Shown here: piece by piece, positions 49,005 through 57,890 of the stretch | How positions within the stretch are numbered: the first letter of the stretch is position 1 | Layout of the letters: every line of letters starts with the position of its first letter | Source of the DNA: Kiritimatiellia bacterium | GTDB taxonomy: Bacteria; Verrucomicrobiota; Kiritimatiellia; RFP12; UBA1067 | DNA: 64,000 nt | Direction: 5' to 3' | Assembly: GCA_050949565.1 (NCBI GenBank) | Contig: JBMNFY010000017.1 | Coordinates: 320,001-384,000 of the forward strand | Notes under the pieces: model-generated | Databases searched by the model: none | Told to the model about the DNA's origin: nothing | Seen by the model: only the letters and a program-made list of their open reading frames with translations | Translations under genes and position numbers: made by a program

Positions 49005-49325
49005 ACGCACCACCGGCCCAAAGGGCCCCTTCGGGGCTGTGACTCCGCGCACAGCGCGGAAGGATGGTCTCAGGTTCCCTCGCAGAGCGCCGGGGGACGA
49101 GCGTTGCTCGTCCGGGGGGCGTTTCACGCCGCCACACGGGCAAGATGCCCGTGCCACACAGCCCGGATCGTCTAAACGCCTCACGGGACGAGCGTCGCTC
49201 ATCCGCAGGCAAGCAGACGCTTGCCCCTCCCAACGCTTCGCAAGCTCGATGACAAGAGTTGGAGGACGGCATCCGGGTGGTGCGCAAAAATGGAAACCTT
49301 TGTGTCCTTTGTGCCTTTGTGTGAG
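48995..49325. repeat. TIR-bounded element (48995-49181) plus adjoining repeat modules
   Basis: AGGTGTTTAGACG / CGTCTAAACGCCT inverted pair. REP-like unit 49135-49157, degenerate 52-bp module 49185-49231, CTTTGTG array 49298-49324. Confidence 0.8.
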
Positions 49326-49352
49326 GAAAGTGCAATGCTATTTGTGGCCGGG

Positions 49353-50390
49353 TTAGTAACGCCGACCTCTGAACAGTCCGACCAACTTGCAGAGACCGGC
49401 CTGTAACCGTAATGCACAGCGTTGCAGGAACCACAGGACACATGAAAGAAAAACGCGATCGACCCAGTATCCGGTCGCGTAGCGATACCCGATGTTGCCC
49501 GGCTTATAGCGCTCCTGAGCCCCGGCGCGTAGCAACCCGTATTGTTCCGCAGTCTGTACCAAGCGCTTGACGTACGGGAAGTACAAGAAACGCAGGATGT
49601 CGGCAGGCATGACCTCGAAGTAATAGCCGAGATAAAAGTGCCTGCGGGAAAAAAGCCGAACCCCCTGGAAATGATAAACGATCAATGGATGACCGCCAAC
49701 ATACAGACAAGCGTCACGGACAGTCAACGGCGATTTGCGAAGACTCCAAGGCCCAGCGTTCAAGCCCGGCGGCCCGATCATCAGGCGATCGTCATACCGC
49801 TCGGGCCATTCGTCCAAGTACTTTTGGTCAGCAAATTTTCCGTCCTCAAGGCGGTCGAAACACCACGCCACACACTGGTCGCGCCAACGCCGCAAACAGT
49901 CTCGACCGATGCGGTTGTTCCGGAACGAAAGCCACCCCACATTGAAGCGTCCGTATTGCAGATTCGCAAAATCATCTGAAGCAAACTCGTGCTCCGTGAT
50001 GAGCACGTCCTTGTCCGTAAATGCTTCAAACACCGATTCGGGCGAACCAAAGAAACAAAGGTCCGCATCCAAATAGGTCAGCACATCCATATCCTTGTGA
50101 CGCTCAAGCACATCGTCAATCCAGGCGGAAGTGCAGGTGAAAAAATACTCGGCGCGTGATCGAGAGGATTTGACCGCCGCGACATCCGGTTGCCGCTCTT
50201 CAAAAGCCGACAGGCGTTGGCAGCGAACCTCCGGAAAAGGATGCTGGTCAAAAAAATCGTAGGCGGCCTCATCGAAGCATAACACTTCGAGTGTAAAGGA
50301 GTCCATGTGTCGGCGCATGGATTCGAGCAGCACGAGCGCACGGTCCAGATACCCCGAATTGAAATAGGTGCAAAAGTGCCTCGTCACCAT
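49353..50390 (-). CDS. GT-A-fold glycosyltransferase-like protein
   Basis: FCTYFNSGYL.RAL, YLDAD, GRFNVG, FADQKYLDEWP, YHFQG. Confidence 0.75.
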   Translation of the reverse strand: MVTRHFCTYFNSGYLDRALVLLESMRRHMDSFTLEVLCFDEAAYDFFDQHPFPEVRCQRLSAFEERQPDVAAVKSSRSRAEYFFTCTSAWIDDVLERHKDMDVLTYLDADLCFFGSPESVFEAFTDKDVLITEHEFASDDFANLQYGRFNVGWLSFRNNRIGRDCLRRWRDQCVAWCFDRLEDGKFADQKYLDEWPERYDDRLMIGPPGLNAGPWSLRKSPLTVRDACLYVGGHPLIVYHFQGVRLFSRRHFYLGYYFEVMPADILRFLYFPYVKRLVQTAEQYGLLRAGAQERYKPGNIGYRYATGYWVDRVFLSCVLWFLQRCALRLQAGLCKLVGLFRGRRY

Positions 50391-50396
50391 AACGGA

Positions 50397-51509
50397 TCAC
50401 TTTGCATAAAACCGATTGATAGCCTCGGCGACACTGTCCACCGCCTCGTCGGTTAGTTCCGGATAAATGGGCAAACACAAAATCGTACGCGCGAGTTTCT
50501 CGGTTACCGGTAACGACACACCGGCAAACCTTTCGGCATAAGCGGGCTGTTGGTGTATCGGTATCGGATAGAGTACCGCCGTGCCGATCTCGTGCTGACG
50601 CAGGTACCGCCCTAGTTCATCGCGCCGCCCGCCGCACTGCACCACGTACTGGTGATACACATGCTTGCCACCAGGGGGATCGCCGGGCAACACGACGGGC
50701 AACGCTTGCAGTTTAGCGCGATAACGCTCGGCAATGGTGCGCCGGCGCATGTTGTCTTCATCCAGAGCCTTCAATTTGACGGTAAGAATCGCGGCCTGTA
50801 TCTCGTCCAGACGCGAGTTGAGCCCAACAATATCGCTCACATACCGCTGCCGCCAGCCGTACTGACGTAACATGCGAACACGCTCCGCGAGCGCAGGGTC
50901 ATGCGTGACAACCGCACCTCCGTCGCCGAACGCCCCAAGGTTTTTTGTGGGATAGAAGCTGAATGCCCCCACAGCACCCCAACATCCCGCGCGCCGCCCC
51001 GACACCTCTGCGCCATGCGCCTGTGCACAATCCTCGACCACACGCACACCGTACCGTTCCGCCACTTCCAAAATTGACGGCATGTCGCACAGCGATCCAA
51101 ACAGATGAACGGCCACCACCGCCTTGACGCCGGCACTGTTCGTGCGCAAATAGTTTTGCAGGGCCTCCGGCGACAACGTCTGACTAAAGGGATCGACATC
51201 GACAAAAACGGGGCAGGCCCCTATGCGTTCGATCGCGGCCACCGTCGCCACCGCCGTATTGGCAACCGTCACGACCTTATCCCCATGCACGACACCTAGC
51301 GCCCGCAGCGCCAGTTCCACCGCGTCCGTGCCGTTTGCCACGCCGACGGCATACGCCACGCCGCAGTAGTCGGCGAACGCGCGCTCAAATTTTTCACACT
51401 CGGAGCCGAGTATATACCAGCCCCGTTTCAAAACGGACAGCACCGCCTCATCAATCTCCTCTGCAAAACGACGGTACGACGCGCCGGGATCGGCAATCGG
51501 AATGGTCAT
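50397..51509 (-). CDS. DegT/DnrJ/EryC1/StrS aminotransferase (FdtB-like)
   Basis: VANGTDA, EDCAQAHGA, SFYPTKNLGAFGDGG, NSRLDEIQAA. Confidence 0.93.
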   Translation of the reverse strand: MTIPIADPGASYRRFAEEIDEAVLSVLKRGWYILGSECEKFERAFADYCGVAYAVGVANGTDAVELALRALGVVHGDKVVTVANTAVATVAAIERIGACPVFVDVDPFSQTLSPEALQNYLRTNSAGVKAVVAVHLFGSLCDMPSILEVAERYGVRVVEDCAQAHGAEVSGRRAGCWGAVGAFSFYPTKNLGAFGDGGAVVTHDPALAERVRMLRQYGWRQRYVSDIVGLNSRLDEIQAAILTVKLKALDEDNMRRRTIAERYRAKLQALPVVLPGDPPGGKHVYHQYVVQCGGRRDELGRYLRQHEIGTAVLYPIPIHQQPAYAERFAGVSLPVTEKLARTILCLPIYPELTDEAVDSVAEAINRFYAK

Positions 51510-51955
51510 GCTTGTTCCCCTCTTACGAAATCCAGAAACTCTTGGTAGTCGCGGATATAGTCCGCCTCATTGTAGTAGTCGGACGCCACCACCAAGAAGA
51601 CGCACCCGGACGAGAAACTGTGCATGGTGTGCCAGAGGCCGGGCCCCAGAAGAACCCCCACATGCGTCTGCCACATCAGTACTTCCTGGCGATTCACCCC
51701 GTCGTCCAATCCCAGCATAAAACTGCCGTTCACACAGAAGATCGCCTGCCACAACGCACGGTGGGCATGTTTCCCCCGAATGCTATGATTGTTCTCCAAA
51801 TGCGTGACATAGTAGACACGCTTGATGTCAAACGGCACATCGCGCCCGCCCTCGGCGATGCACAACACGCCGTCGCGGTCATCTACGACTTTTTTCAAGG
51901 TTACATATCCGCTGTTACGGACAAAAATTTCTGTCTGCGTCTTACTGTTTGCCAC
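51506..51955 (-). CDS. FdtA/QdtA-family dTDP-sugar 3,4-ketoisomerase (cupin)
   Basis: DDRDG, VPFDIKRVYY, RGKHAH, WHTM, DYIRDYQEF. GTG start after GGAGG. Confidence 0.9.
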   Translation of the reverse strand: MANSKTQTEIFVRNSGYVTLKKVVDDRDGVLCIAEGGRDVPFDIKRVYYVTHLENNHSIRGKHAHRALWQAIFCVNGSFMLGLDDGVNRQEVLMWQTHVGVLLGPGLWHTMHSFSSGCVFLVVASDYYNEADYIRDYQEFLDFVRGEQA

Positions 51956-52763
51956 GTTTGGCCCTCCAAAAATAACTCTTACTGTAAGCAACCTGCCAGG
52001 GATTGAGCAAGACCAGAGGCGGGAATGGATCGGTCATTTCAACCTCCAGATCGTACATAGATTCGAAGGTGGCACGAATTGATGCCTCCGAAAAAAGGCG
52101 CAGAGGATAAGAAGCTGGATAGATCGACGGTGGCACATGCTGCACGACAATCCGATCTTTCACGGCCTTGTTCAAAACAACGGTTCGCTCGACGATGACA
52201 GAATCGCATCCGTAAGCCAGAATCATCCGCAACAGTTCCTGAGCATCCGGTATATAGTTGAGGACGCTTCCGAGAAACACCAAGTCAATCTTCTCATGCG
52301 CAAAACACTCATCGACTGATTCATAAAAAACGAGCTGTTCGTTTTGGAACTCCTTTTGACCGCACGCCACTGTTTTCGGCTGCTCGACGACGCTCCATCG
52401 TAACCGGCCTATACCCTCGAACATCTTTCGGTTCTGCCAATATGTGCTCCCCAGCGCACCGCCAAAATCAAGGACACCGATCCTATTATGGCACTGAGCC
52501 CGCAACCGCCACAACACGGTCAACAACGGCCAGTTGTACTCCGCATGATAGAAAAGCACAGAATCCCGCTCAAACGCAGCGCGTCCCGCAACAACCTCGC
52601 GAGTCGCCGCCCTCACTCTGTCCAAAATGACGTCATCGCCATATCCCTGCTGGCAACACCGGCAGGCATCTTCCCATGACTCGAAATCACCGACATACCG
52701 ATTGTTTCGAGAAGGCATCAACCGGTCGCGCATCGCAATAACGATTAACTTAAGTTTTTCCAT
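51942..52763 (-). CDS. Putative methyltransferase (TIGR04325-like)
   Basis: AAFERDSVLF, VLDFGGALGSTY, WSVVEQ, YPASYP. Confidence 0.8.
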   Translation of the reverse strand: MEKLKLIVIAMRDRLMPSRNNRYVGDFESWEDACRCCQQGYGDDVILDRVRAATREVVAGRAAFERDSVLFYHAEYNWPLLTVLWRLRAQCHNRIGVLDFGGALGSTYWQNRKMFEGIGRLRWSVVEQPKTVACGQKEFQNEQLVFYESVDECFAHEKIDLVFLGSVLNYIPDAQELLRMILAYGCDSVIVERTVVLNKAVKDRIVVQHVPPSIYPASYPLRLFSEASIRATFESMYDLEVEMTDPFPPLVLLNPWQVAYSKSYFWRAKRGKQ

Positions 52764-52768
52764 TGCCG

Positions 52769-53689
52769 TTACTCCCTTGACGCTCCACGGTAGGAGAGCT
52801 TGGCCTGCAACAGGCGAACTAGTGCAACCAATCGAGGGAAACGATCACTCCAAGGCCTCGGACACATTTTCCGATGCAGCCGCGCACACTGCGGATGTTC
52901 CACGGGCGCAGGCCACTCGTGTGGAATGGGCGGGCAAGGGGCCAGCACGCCGTTCGCCAGCCAATTCTTCCCGACGGCATTGGTGGCGCCTTCGCCAAAG
53001 CCGATGTGCTCCACCATGCTCCAAGGCGGACGCACACACAATCCGCCGTGCAGCATGTGGTGATACAGCCAGCGAACCGCCCAGATGTTTTTCTCCTGTT
53101 CTTGCTTCGCCATAAACGGCAGGTCGCCGCCATATCGAGCCGGGTCTCCGCCCTTTTCAACAAGCCGCTCTATCTTTTCCAAAGCCGTCTCATCCATCAT
53201 GCCCTGCCAAGCTCTGCGCCAGGTGCCCCACACCCAGCACTCTGCGCGTCCATCGAAGTAGGGATGGTCCGCCACGTTCGACGGAATCAGGTGCCGATTG
53301 GTCCAGCCCGTCACGCTCATAACCCGCGATGCGTTTCGATAAGCCCGCAGGGCAGAACAGAGATAGTTGTATGTTCCGGGCACGCAGATTAAATCATCCT
53401 CCCAGACAAGCACCGATTCGAAACGTTCTAAGGCCTCCGAAACACCCGCCAACACATTCCTACCCAGTCCCCAGTTCTCCGTGCGGTCATGCCGCTCAAC
53501 CTCGCACCAGTCTATTCCCGAAAGCAGATCGCGTACAGACGCGACCCCCTGCTGATCCCTCTCGTTTTTACTCGCGTCCGAACACGCGATAATCAAGGGG
53601 ACATGATTCTCATGCAAACAGGCCAACGTCCGTTCGAGAACATCGCGCCGTTTGTATGTGAACAACACAACTGGAATGCAGTCAGTCAT
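52769..53689 (-). CDS. GT-A-fold glycosyltransferase
   Basis: PVVLFTYKR, NWGL..NV..GV, VWEDD, CWVWGTW, HIGFGEGATN. Confidence 0.82.
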   Translation of the reverse strand: MTDCIPVVLFTYKRRDVLERTLACLHENHVPLIIACSDASKNERDQQGVASVRDLLSGIDWCEVERHDRTENWGLGRNVLAGVSEALERFESVLVWEDDLICVPGTYNYLCSALRAYRNASRVMSVTGWTNRHLIPSNVADHPYFDGRAECWVWGTWRRAWQGMMDETALEKIERLVEKGGDPARYGGDLPFMAKQEQEKNIWAVRWLYHHMLHGGLCVRPPWSMVEHIGFGEGATNAVGKNWLANGVLAPCPPIPHEWPAPVEHPQCARLHRKMCPRPWSDRFPRLVALVRLLQAKLSYRGASRE

Positions 53690-53742
53690 GTTGCGAGTGT
53701 AACAAAACCGTATTCTTTATGGCAACACCGGCGGTAATCGGT

Positions 53743-54072
53743 GGTAATCGGTTAGTGACAGGGGCTTGCGAAGATCATGCGTTTCTGGTGAAAAGGAGAG
53801 CAGAGAGTCGGGAGCGCGGGCGTCCTCGCCCGCAACAACGTGTCTTGCGGTTGCTCAGATTTTTTGTTTTGCCCGCAGGATGGGAGGGACGAGCGTCTGC
53901 TCGTCCGCGGGCAAGCAGACGCTTGCCCCTCCCGGCGCTCCGCGAGCTCGGATGCCGCGCATCGGAATCTCGATCGGCCTTTCACAAAGCGGGCGGGGAC
54001 GCCCGCGCTCCCGACTGCGCACACACAAACCACGCACTAAACTCGCATGATCCCTGTCACTAGCCGATTACC
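53743..54072. mobile_element. 330-bp MITE-like element with 21-bp TIRs
   Basis: GGTAATCGGTTAGTGACAGGG / CCCTGTCACTAGCCGATTACC (1 mismatch). Inner inverted GGGAGCGCGGGCGTC units and the 52-bp module at 53882-53933. Confidence 0.85.
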
Positions 54073-54112
54073 AATCACACCGGCGACTCAACCCGCAACT
54101 CTGGAAAAACGG

Positions 54113-54160
54113 CTATAGCGCGACGTCCAGCAGAACACAACTGTCCACGACCCACGCCAT
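54113..54160 (-). pseudogene. Truncated VapC/PIN toxin stub (MAWVVDSCVLLDVAL*)
   Basis: ATG overlaps the antitoxin stop (TGATG). VVDxxVLLD is the PIN N-terminal motif. TAG after 15 codons. Confidence 0.65.
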
Positions 54161-54426
54161 CAGGTCTCCCCTTCCCGCAGAATTTTCATTGCTTTGTCAG
54201 TTTCCAAAGGGAGGCCGTGCTGGTTGAACTGTTTGGCATATCCGACCATTTCCAACGCAGACACTCTTTTCTGCGGTTGTTTTACGACAGTTACAGAAAA
54301 AACGCCATCCCCCGTCTGACGCCAAGACAACCGCTGTCCGGCGGCAAGCCGAGCCTTTTTACGCAAGTGAGCCGGCATGGATATCTGTCCGCGCGCAGTC
54401 AGAACCGTTATGTTTCGCCTGTTCAT
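54160..54426 (-). CDS. AbrB/MazE/SpoVT-family DNA-binding protein (antitoxin)
   Basis: TVLTARGQISMPAHLRKKARLAAGQRL motif, 88 aa. Confidence 0.85.
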   Translation of the reverse strand: MNRRNITVLTARGQISMPAHLRKKARLAAGQRLSWRQTGDGVFSVTVVKQPQKRVSALEMVGYAKQFNQHGLPLETDKAMKILREGET

Positions 54427-54470
54427 GCCCTTAGATTAGCATGATGCTTTTATCATGTCAAACGCTGAAG

Positions 54471-55159
54471 GGTAATCGGTCAGGGGGGCGGTTTTTTATC
54501 ACACGAAGGCACAAAGGGCACGAAGGTTTTTTGGGGGGCATTGCTCGGGTTTATTTAACCACGGAATACACTGAACACACGGAAAGGCGCAGCTCTGCTG
54601 TTTCGCGCGAAGGCGCGAAGGCGCGAAGATTGGAGGGCGAGTGTCCCCACGAGCCGCCTTCCACTGTGCGGAAGGATGGTTTCAGGGTTTGTTGCGGAGC
54701 ACTGGGAGGGGCAAGCGTCTGCTTGCCCGCGGACGAGCAGACGCTCGTCCCTCCCCAGCGGCGGTCACGCCGCCACCCCGTAAAAAAATCTCTATCCCTC
54801 TGCGTCTCTGCGTTAAAAAACTTTCAACGCTCAACTCTCATTTCGGCACTCACAAGTAAGGCGAAAGATTTGGAGTGCGGCGGCAAGCGGTATTCCGCGC
54901 GACGCCGCTTTTTGAGCAGTGTTTTTCCGTGCGTGGCGCGAAGGGAAAGCGGTGCCGCGACCCGCGCACAGCGCGGCTCTTGTCACCGCACTCCAAATTT
55001 TCCGCCGCGCCATGCGCGGCACAACCTTTATGCGCCCGCGTGTCAATCCTGTCGTTTATGCGCCCGCGTAGCGGGAAATCCTGTCAAAAAAACACCCTGC
55101 TTTTCACCAGAAACGCATGATCCTCGCCCCCCCTGTCACTAACGCGCTAACCGATTACC
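54471..55159. mobile_element. 689-bp composite element: same TIR family enclosing about 8 repeat modules
   Basis: Left GGTAATCGGT-CAGGGGGG, right CCCCCCTGTCACTAA..CTAACCGATTACC. Interior shares modules with 13.8, 21.9, 22.1-22.4 and 49.0-49.3 kb, plus a TTGGAGTGCGG...CCGCACTCCAA doublet (54869-54997). Confidence 0.8.
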
Positions 55160-55207
55160 GAACCGTGTATGATGGACAAAGCAGCCCGTTTCTGACATAA
55201 TTCAATC

Positions 55208-55861
55208 GTGAATTCAACACATACAGCTCCTGATACGGTTCCGGATTATTTCGGTTCCCGCTATGTTTTCGATGCGGGCAGAGCGAGGGTCTGGCGGGCG
55301 ATCTGTGAATATCTACAACGGTATATTCCTGAAACAGCAACTGTTCTAGATGTGGGAGCTGGCTACTGCGATTTTATCAATCAGATCAAGGCTGGCAAAA
55401 AATATGCCGTCGATATTGACCGCGAGGCGCACAAGCATTGCGCTGAAGAGGTCCAGTTTGTACATGCCAACCTCGCCGACATCGATTTGCCAGCGGAGTC
55501 ATTTGACACCATATTTGCCAGTAACTTACTGGAACATCTGCACGATAATGAACTGAACGTTTTTTTTAGTCAGGCGGATAAGCTGTTAGTGACCGGCGGC
55601 ACACTCATTTTGATCCAGCCGAACATCCGTTATTGCTATCGTGAGTATTGGGACGATTTCACCCACGTTAGAGCCTTCAGCAACGTCAGCCTAAGCGACC
55701 TGTTGGTTAGTCGGGGTTACAAGGTGGTGAAAGTTGAACCGCGCTTTCTCCCTTTCTCCTTCAAATCAATCCTGCCCAAAACCTATTGGCTAACGAAACT
55801 TTATCTGCTGTTGCCATTCCGTCCGTGTGCCAAGCAGATGCTTATTGTCGGTGAGAAGTAA
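55208..55861 (+). CDS. Class I SAM-dependent methyltransferase
   Basis: VLDVGAGY, ASNLLEHL, QPNIRY..YWDDFTH. Confidence 0.87.
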   Translation: MNSTHTAPDTVPDYFGSRYVFDAGRARVWRAICEYLQRYIPETATVLDVGAGYCDFINQIKAGKKYAVDIDREAHKHCAEEVQFVHANLADIDLPAESFDTIFASNLLEHLHDNELNVFFSQADKLLVTGGTLILIQPNIRYCYREYWDDFTHVRAFSNVSLSDLLVSRGYKVVKVEPRFLPFSFKSILPKTYWLTKLYLLLPFRPCAKQMLIVGEK

Positions 55862-55862
55862 A

Positions 55863-56594
55863 ATGAAGAAGTACGACATCACGTTTTTTTTCCCCGTATA
55901 TAACGATGAAAGAACTGTCCGGACTGTTGCGGAAAAAGCAGAGACATTTTTGAAAGATGTCGCTGGCGAGTATCAGATTATCATCATCGACGATGGATCT
56001 CCCGACAACAGTGGAAAGATTGCCGATCAGTTGGCAAAGGAAAACGACCGTATTAGGGTCATCCATCACGAGGTGAACAAAGGCTACGGCGCCGCGCTTA
56101 AAACCGGGTTCGAGGCCTCTGGACATGAGATCATCTGCTTTACAGATGGAGATGACGAATACGACACTTTCGACTTCTATAAGTTGATCAAGCTAATCGA
56201 CTTCTACGACCTGATTATTACCTTTAGATATCGAAGGATGTACTCCTATTACCGAATCATTGTTTCGAGAGTGTATAATGCAGTCTTGAGGGTATTGTTT
56301 AATATACCGTATCGCGATATCAGCACAGGGTTAAGAATGGTTCGGAAGAGCGCCCTGCAGGAAGTCACTCTCCTGTCCGACAGCCCCTTTATCGGCGCCG
56401 AATTGACCATTAAACTGATGCTAAAGGGATACCGGATCGGCCAAGTTGGGATACAAACCTTCCCTCGCAAGTTTAACAAGGGATCTGCAGCAACGGTGAA
56501 AAACATCATTGCGACCATCAAGGACATCATACGCATTTACAGATCCATTTTCTCTAAAAACTACGACCTTTCGTGCCACCAGTCGCAGAGGTAA
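55863..56594 (+). CDS. GT2 polyprenol-phosphate glycosyltransferase (Dpm1/GtrB-like)
   Basis: PVYNDE, IIDDGSPD, NKGYGAALKTG, TDGD, DISTG. Confidence 0.88.
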   Translation: MKKYDITFFFPVYNDERTVRTVAEKAETFLKDVAGEYQIIIIDDGSPDNSGKIADQLAKENDRIRVIHHEVNKGYGAALKTGFEASGHEIICFTDGDDEYDTFDFYKLIKLIDFYDLIITFRYRRMYSYYRIIVSRVYNAVLRVLFNIPYRDISTGLRMVRKSALQEVTLLSDSPFIGAELTIKLMLKGYRIGQVGIQTFPRKFNKGSAATVKNIIATIKDIIRIYRSIFSKNYDLSCHQSQR

Positions 56595-56636
56595 TCAATC
56601 GACCTTTTTTATTCTAATCGAAATGGAGAAATAACG

Positions 56637-57890
56637 ATGAAGAATAACCACATTCTTTGGTTGGGTTTAATTTTGAGCGTTCTCCTCAAAGGTTTCTTTT
56701 TATCTCTGGACGGCAACGCCGATATGTTGCAATACCGGATGTGGGGAGATGCCGTACTTGATAAAGGTCTTGCAGACGCATACCGCGGGATATACTTCCC
56801 CTTACAATGGCAACTTTTCGCAATTTGTTCCTGGTTAGCGCGAAATTTTAATTTCCTTCACTGGACGCTTCCCTTCAAAGCGATGAACCTGATATTCGAT
56901 ATTGGTTGTTTTTGGGTGCTGGTGTTGTTGCTGAAAAGACATAAGCTCAACCCGCTATATGCTTTGTTGTACTGCCTCCATCCCTGGTTCATTGTGAACT
57001 TTTCGCAAGGTTTCGTTGACAGCCAATCCATGTTCTTTGTACTGTTGCCGCTACTCATCCTACGCGAGAATGGAAACACGTTCAAACGGTACTTTGCGGC
57101 AGGAATTCCGCTTGCCTGCGCTTTTTTAATGAAGCCGCAAATCATGCTGATCATTGCAGCCATCGGGTTTTATCTGGTCTGGGCATGGTACAAAACGCGT
57201 TGCTGGCGACAGTTCGCGATTATTATCCCGGTGATCGTACTTTATGCCGCCTACATGATTTATTTTTCATTTTCTGTTCGAGAATACACAGCCGCACAAA
57301 ACATCACCATTCCCGGATTTCTCCTTCTCCCATTTACCTATGTCGTGATTGGCATGACTTTCCCCTGTCTGACGGCATCGATGTCCAACATGTGGTATCC
57401 TATCGCGTACTGCTTGAAACAGCCCGGCGCCCCCGTTTATAGCGTAAACTATCCAGGTGTAACTTTGATCGTGTCGATGCTTACGGTCTGCGCCATTATC
57501 GTTTTTTCGGTCTATCTTGCCAGAAAATATCAGAACGCACTAACCTCTGAGGCTCTGTTTTTCATTGTTACTTTTGTTTCCCTGCTTGTTCCATTCTTCA
57601 TGACATCCGCACACTGCAACCATCCTTTCGTTGCAACGGTCGCGCTGATTGTCATGCTGGCCAAACACCACAGGAATAAAGTTTTTAGTTATGCCTTTCA
57701 CAGCATGTTGATTCTTCTGTTTTGTGCCACCTTTGCGAGATACGGCTGGGGACCGTCGTTACCGCAAAACATTCTCCCCCACAATGGCTTTGTCTCAAAC
57801 ATGATCGCGATTCTTATCGCGATCATTTTCCCCGTACTGTTTTACTGTTTTGTCAAGATAGCCTTGTCAAAGGAGAATGGAGATGAATAA
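56637..57890 (+). CDS. Polytopic membrane protein, GT-C-like glycosyltransferase
   Basis: Many TM segments. N-terminal loop D..Y..WG..Y.P, QGFVDS, MKPQ. Confidence 0.65.
   Translation: MKNNHILWLGLILSVLLKGFFLSLDGNADMLQYRMWGDAVLDKGLADAYRGIYFPLQWQLFAICSWLARNFNFLHWTLPFKAMNLIFDIGCFWVLVLLLKRHKLNPLYALLYCLHPWFIVNFSQGFVDSQSMFFVLLPLLILRENGNTFKRYFAAGIPLACAFLMKPQIMLIIAAIGFYLVWAWYKTRCWRQFAIIIPVIVLYAAYMIYFSFSVREYTAAQNITIPGFLLLPFTYVVIGMTFPCLTASMSNMWYPIAYCLKQPGAPVYSVNYPGVTLIVSMLTVCAIIVFSVYLARKYQNALTSEALFFIVTFVSLLVPFFMTSAHCNHPFVATVALIVMLAKHHRNKVFSYAFHSMLILLFCATFARYGWGPSLPQNILPHNGFVSNMIAILIAIIFPVLFYCFVKIALSKENGDE

Noticed and set aside
53725-54085. ACACCGGCG on both sides of the 53743 element as a TSD
   Set aside because: The copies are offset from the TIRs on both sides, so this is not a clean duplication; noted only as a possibility.
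53719-55142. ORFs 53719-54063 and 54441-55142 (also 21796-22352 and 48877-49443) as genes
   Set aside because: They are translations of the repeat modules, with no RBS or domain-like content.
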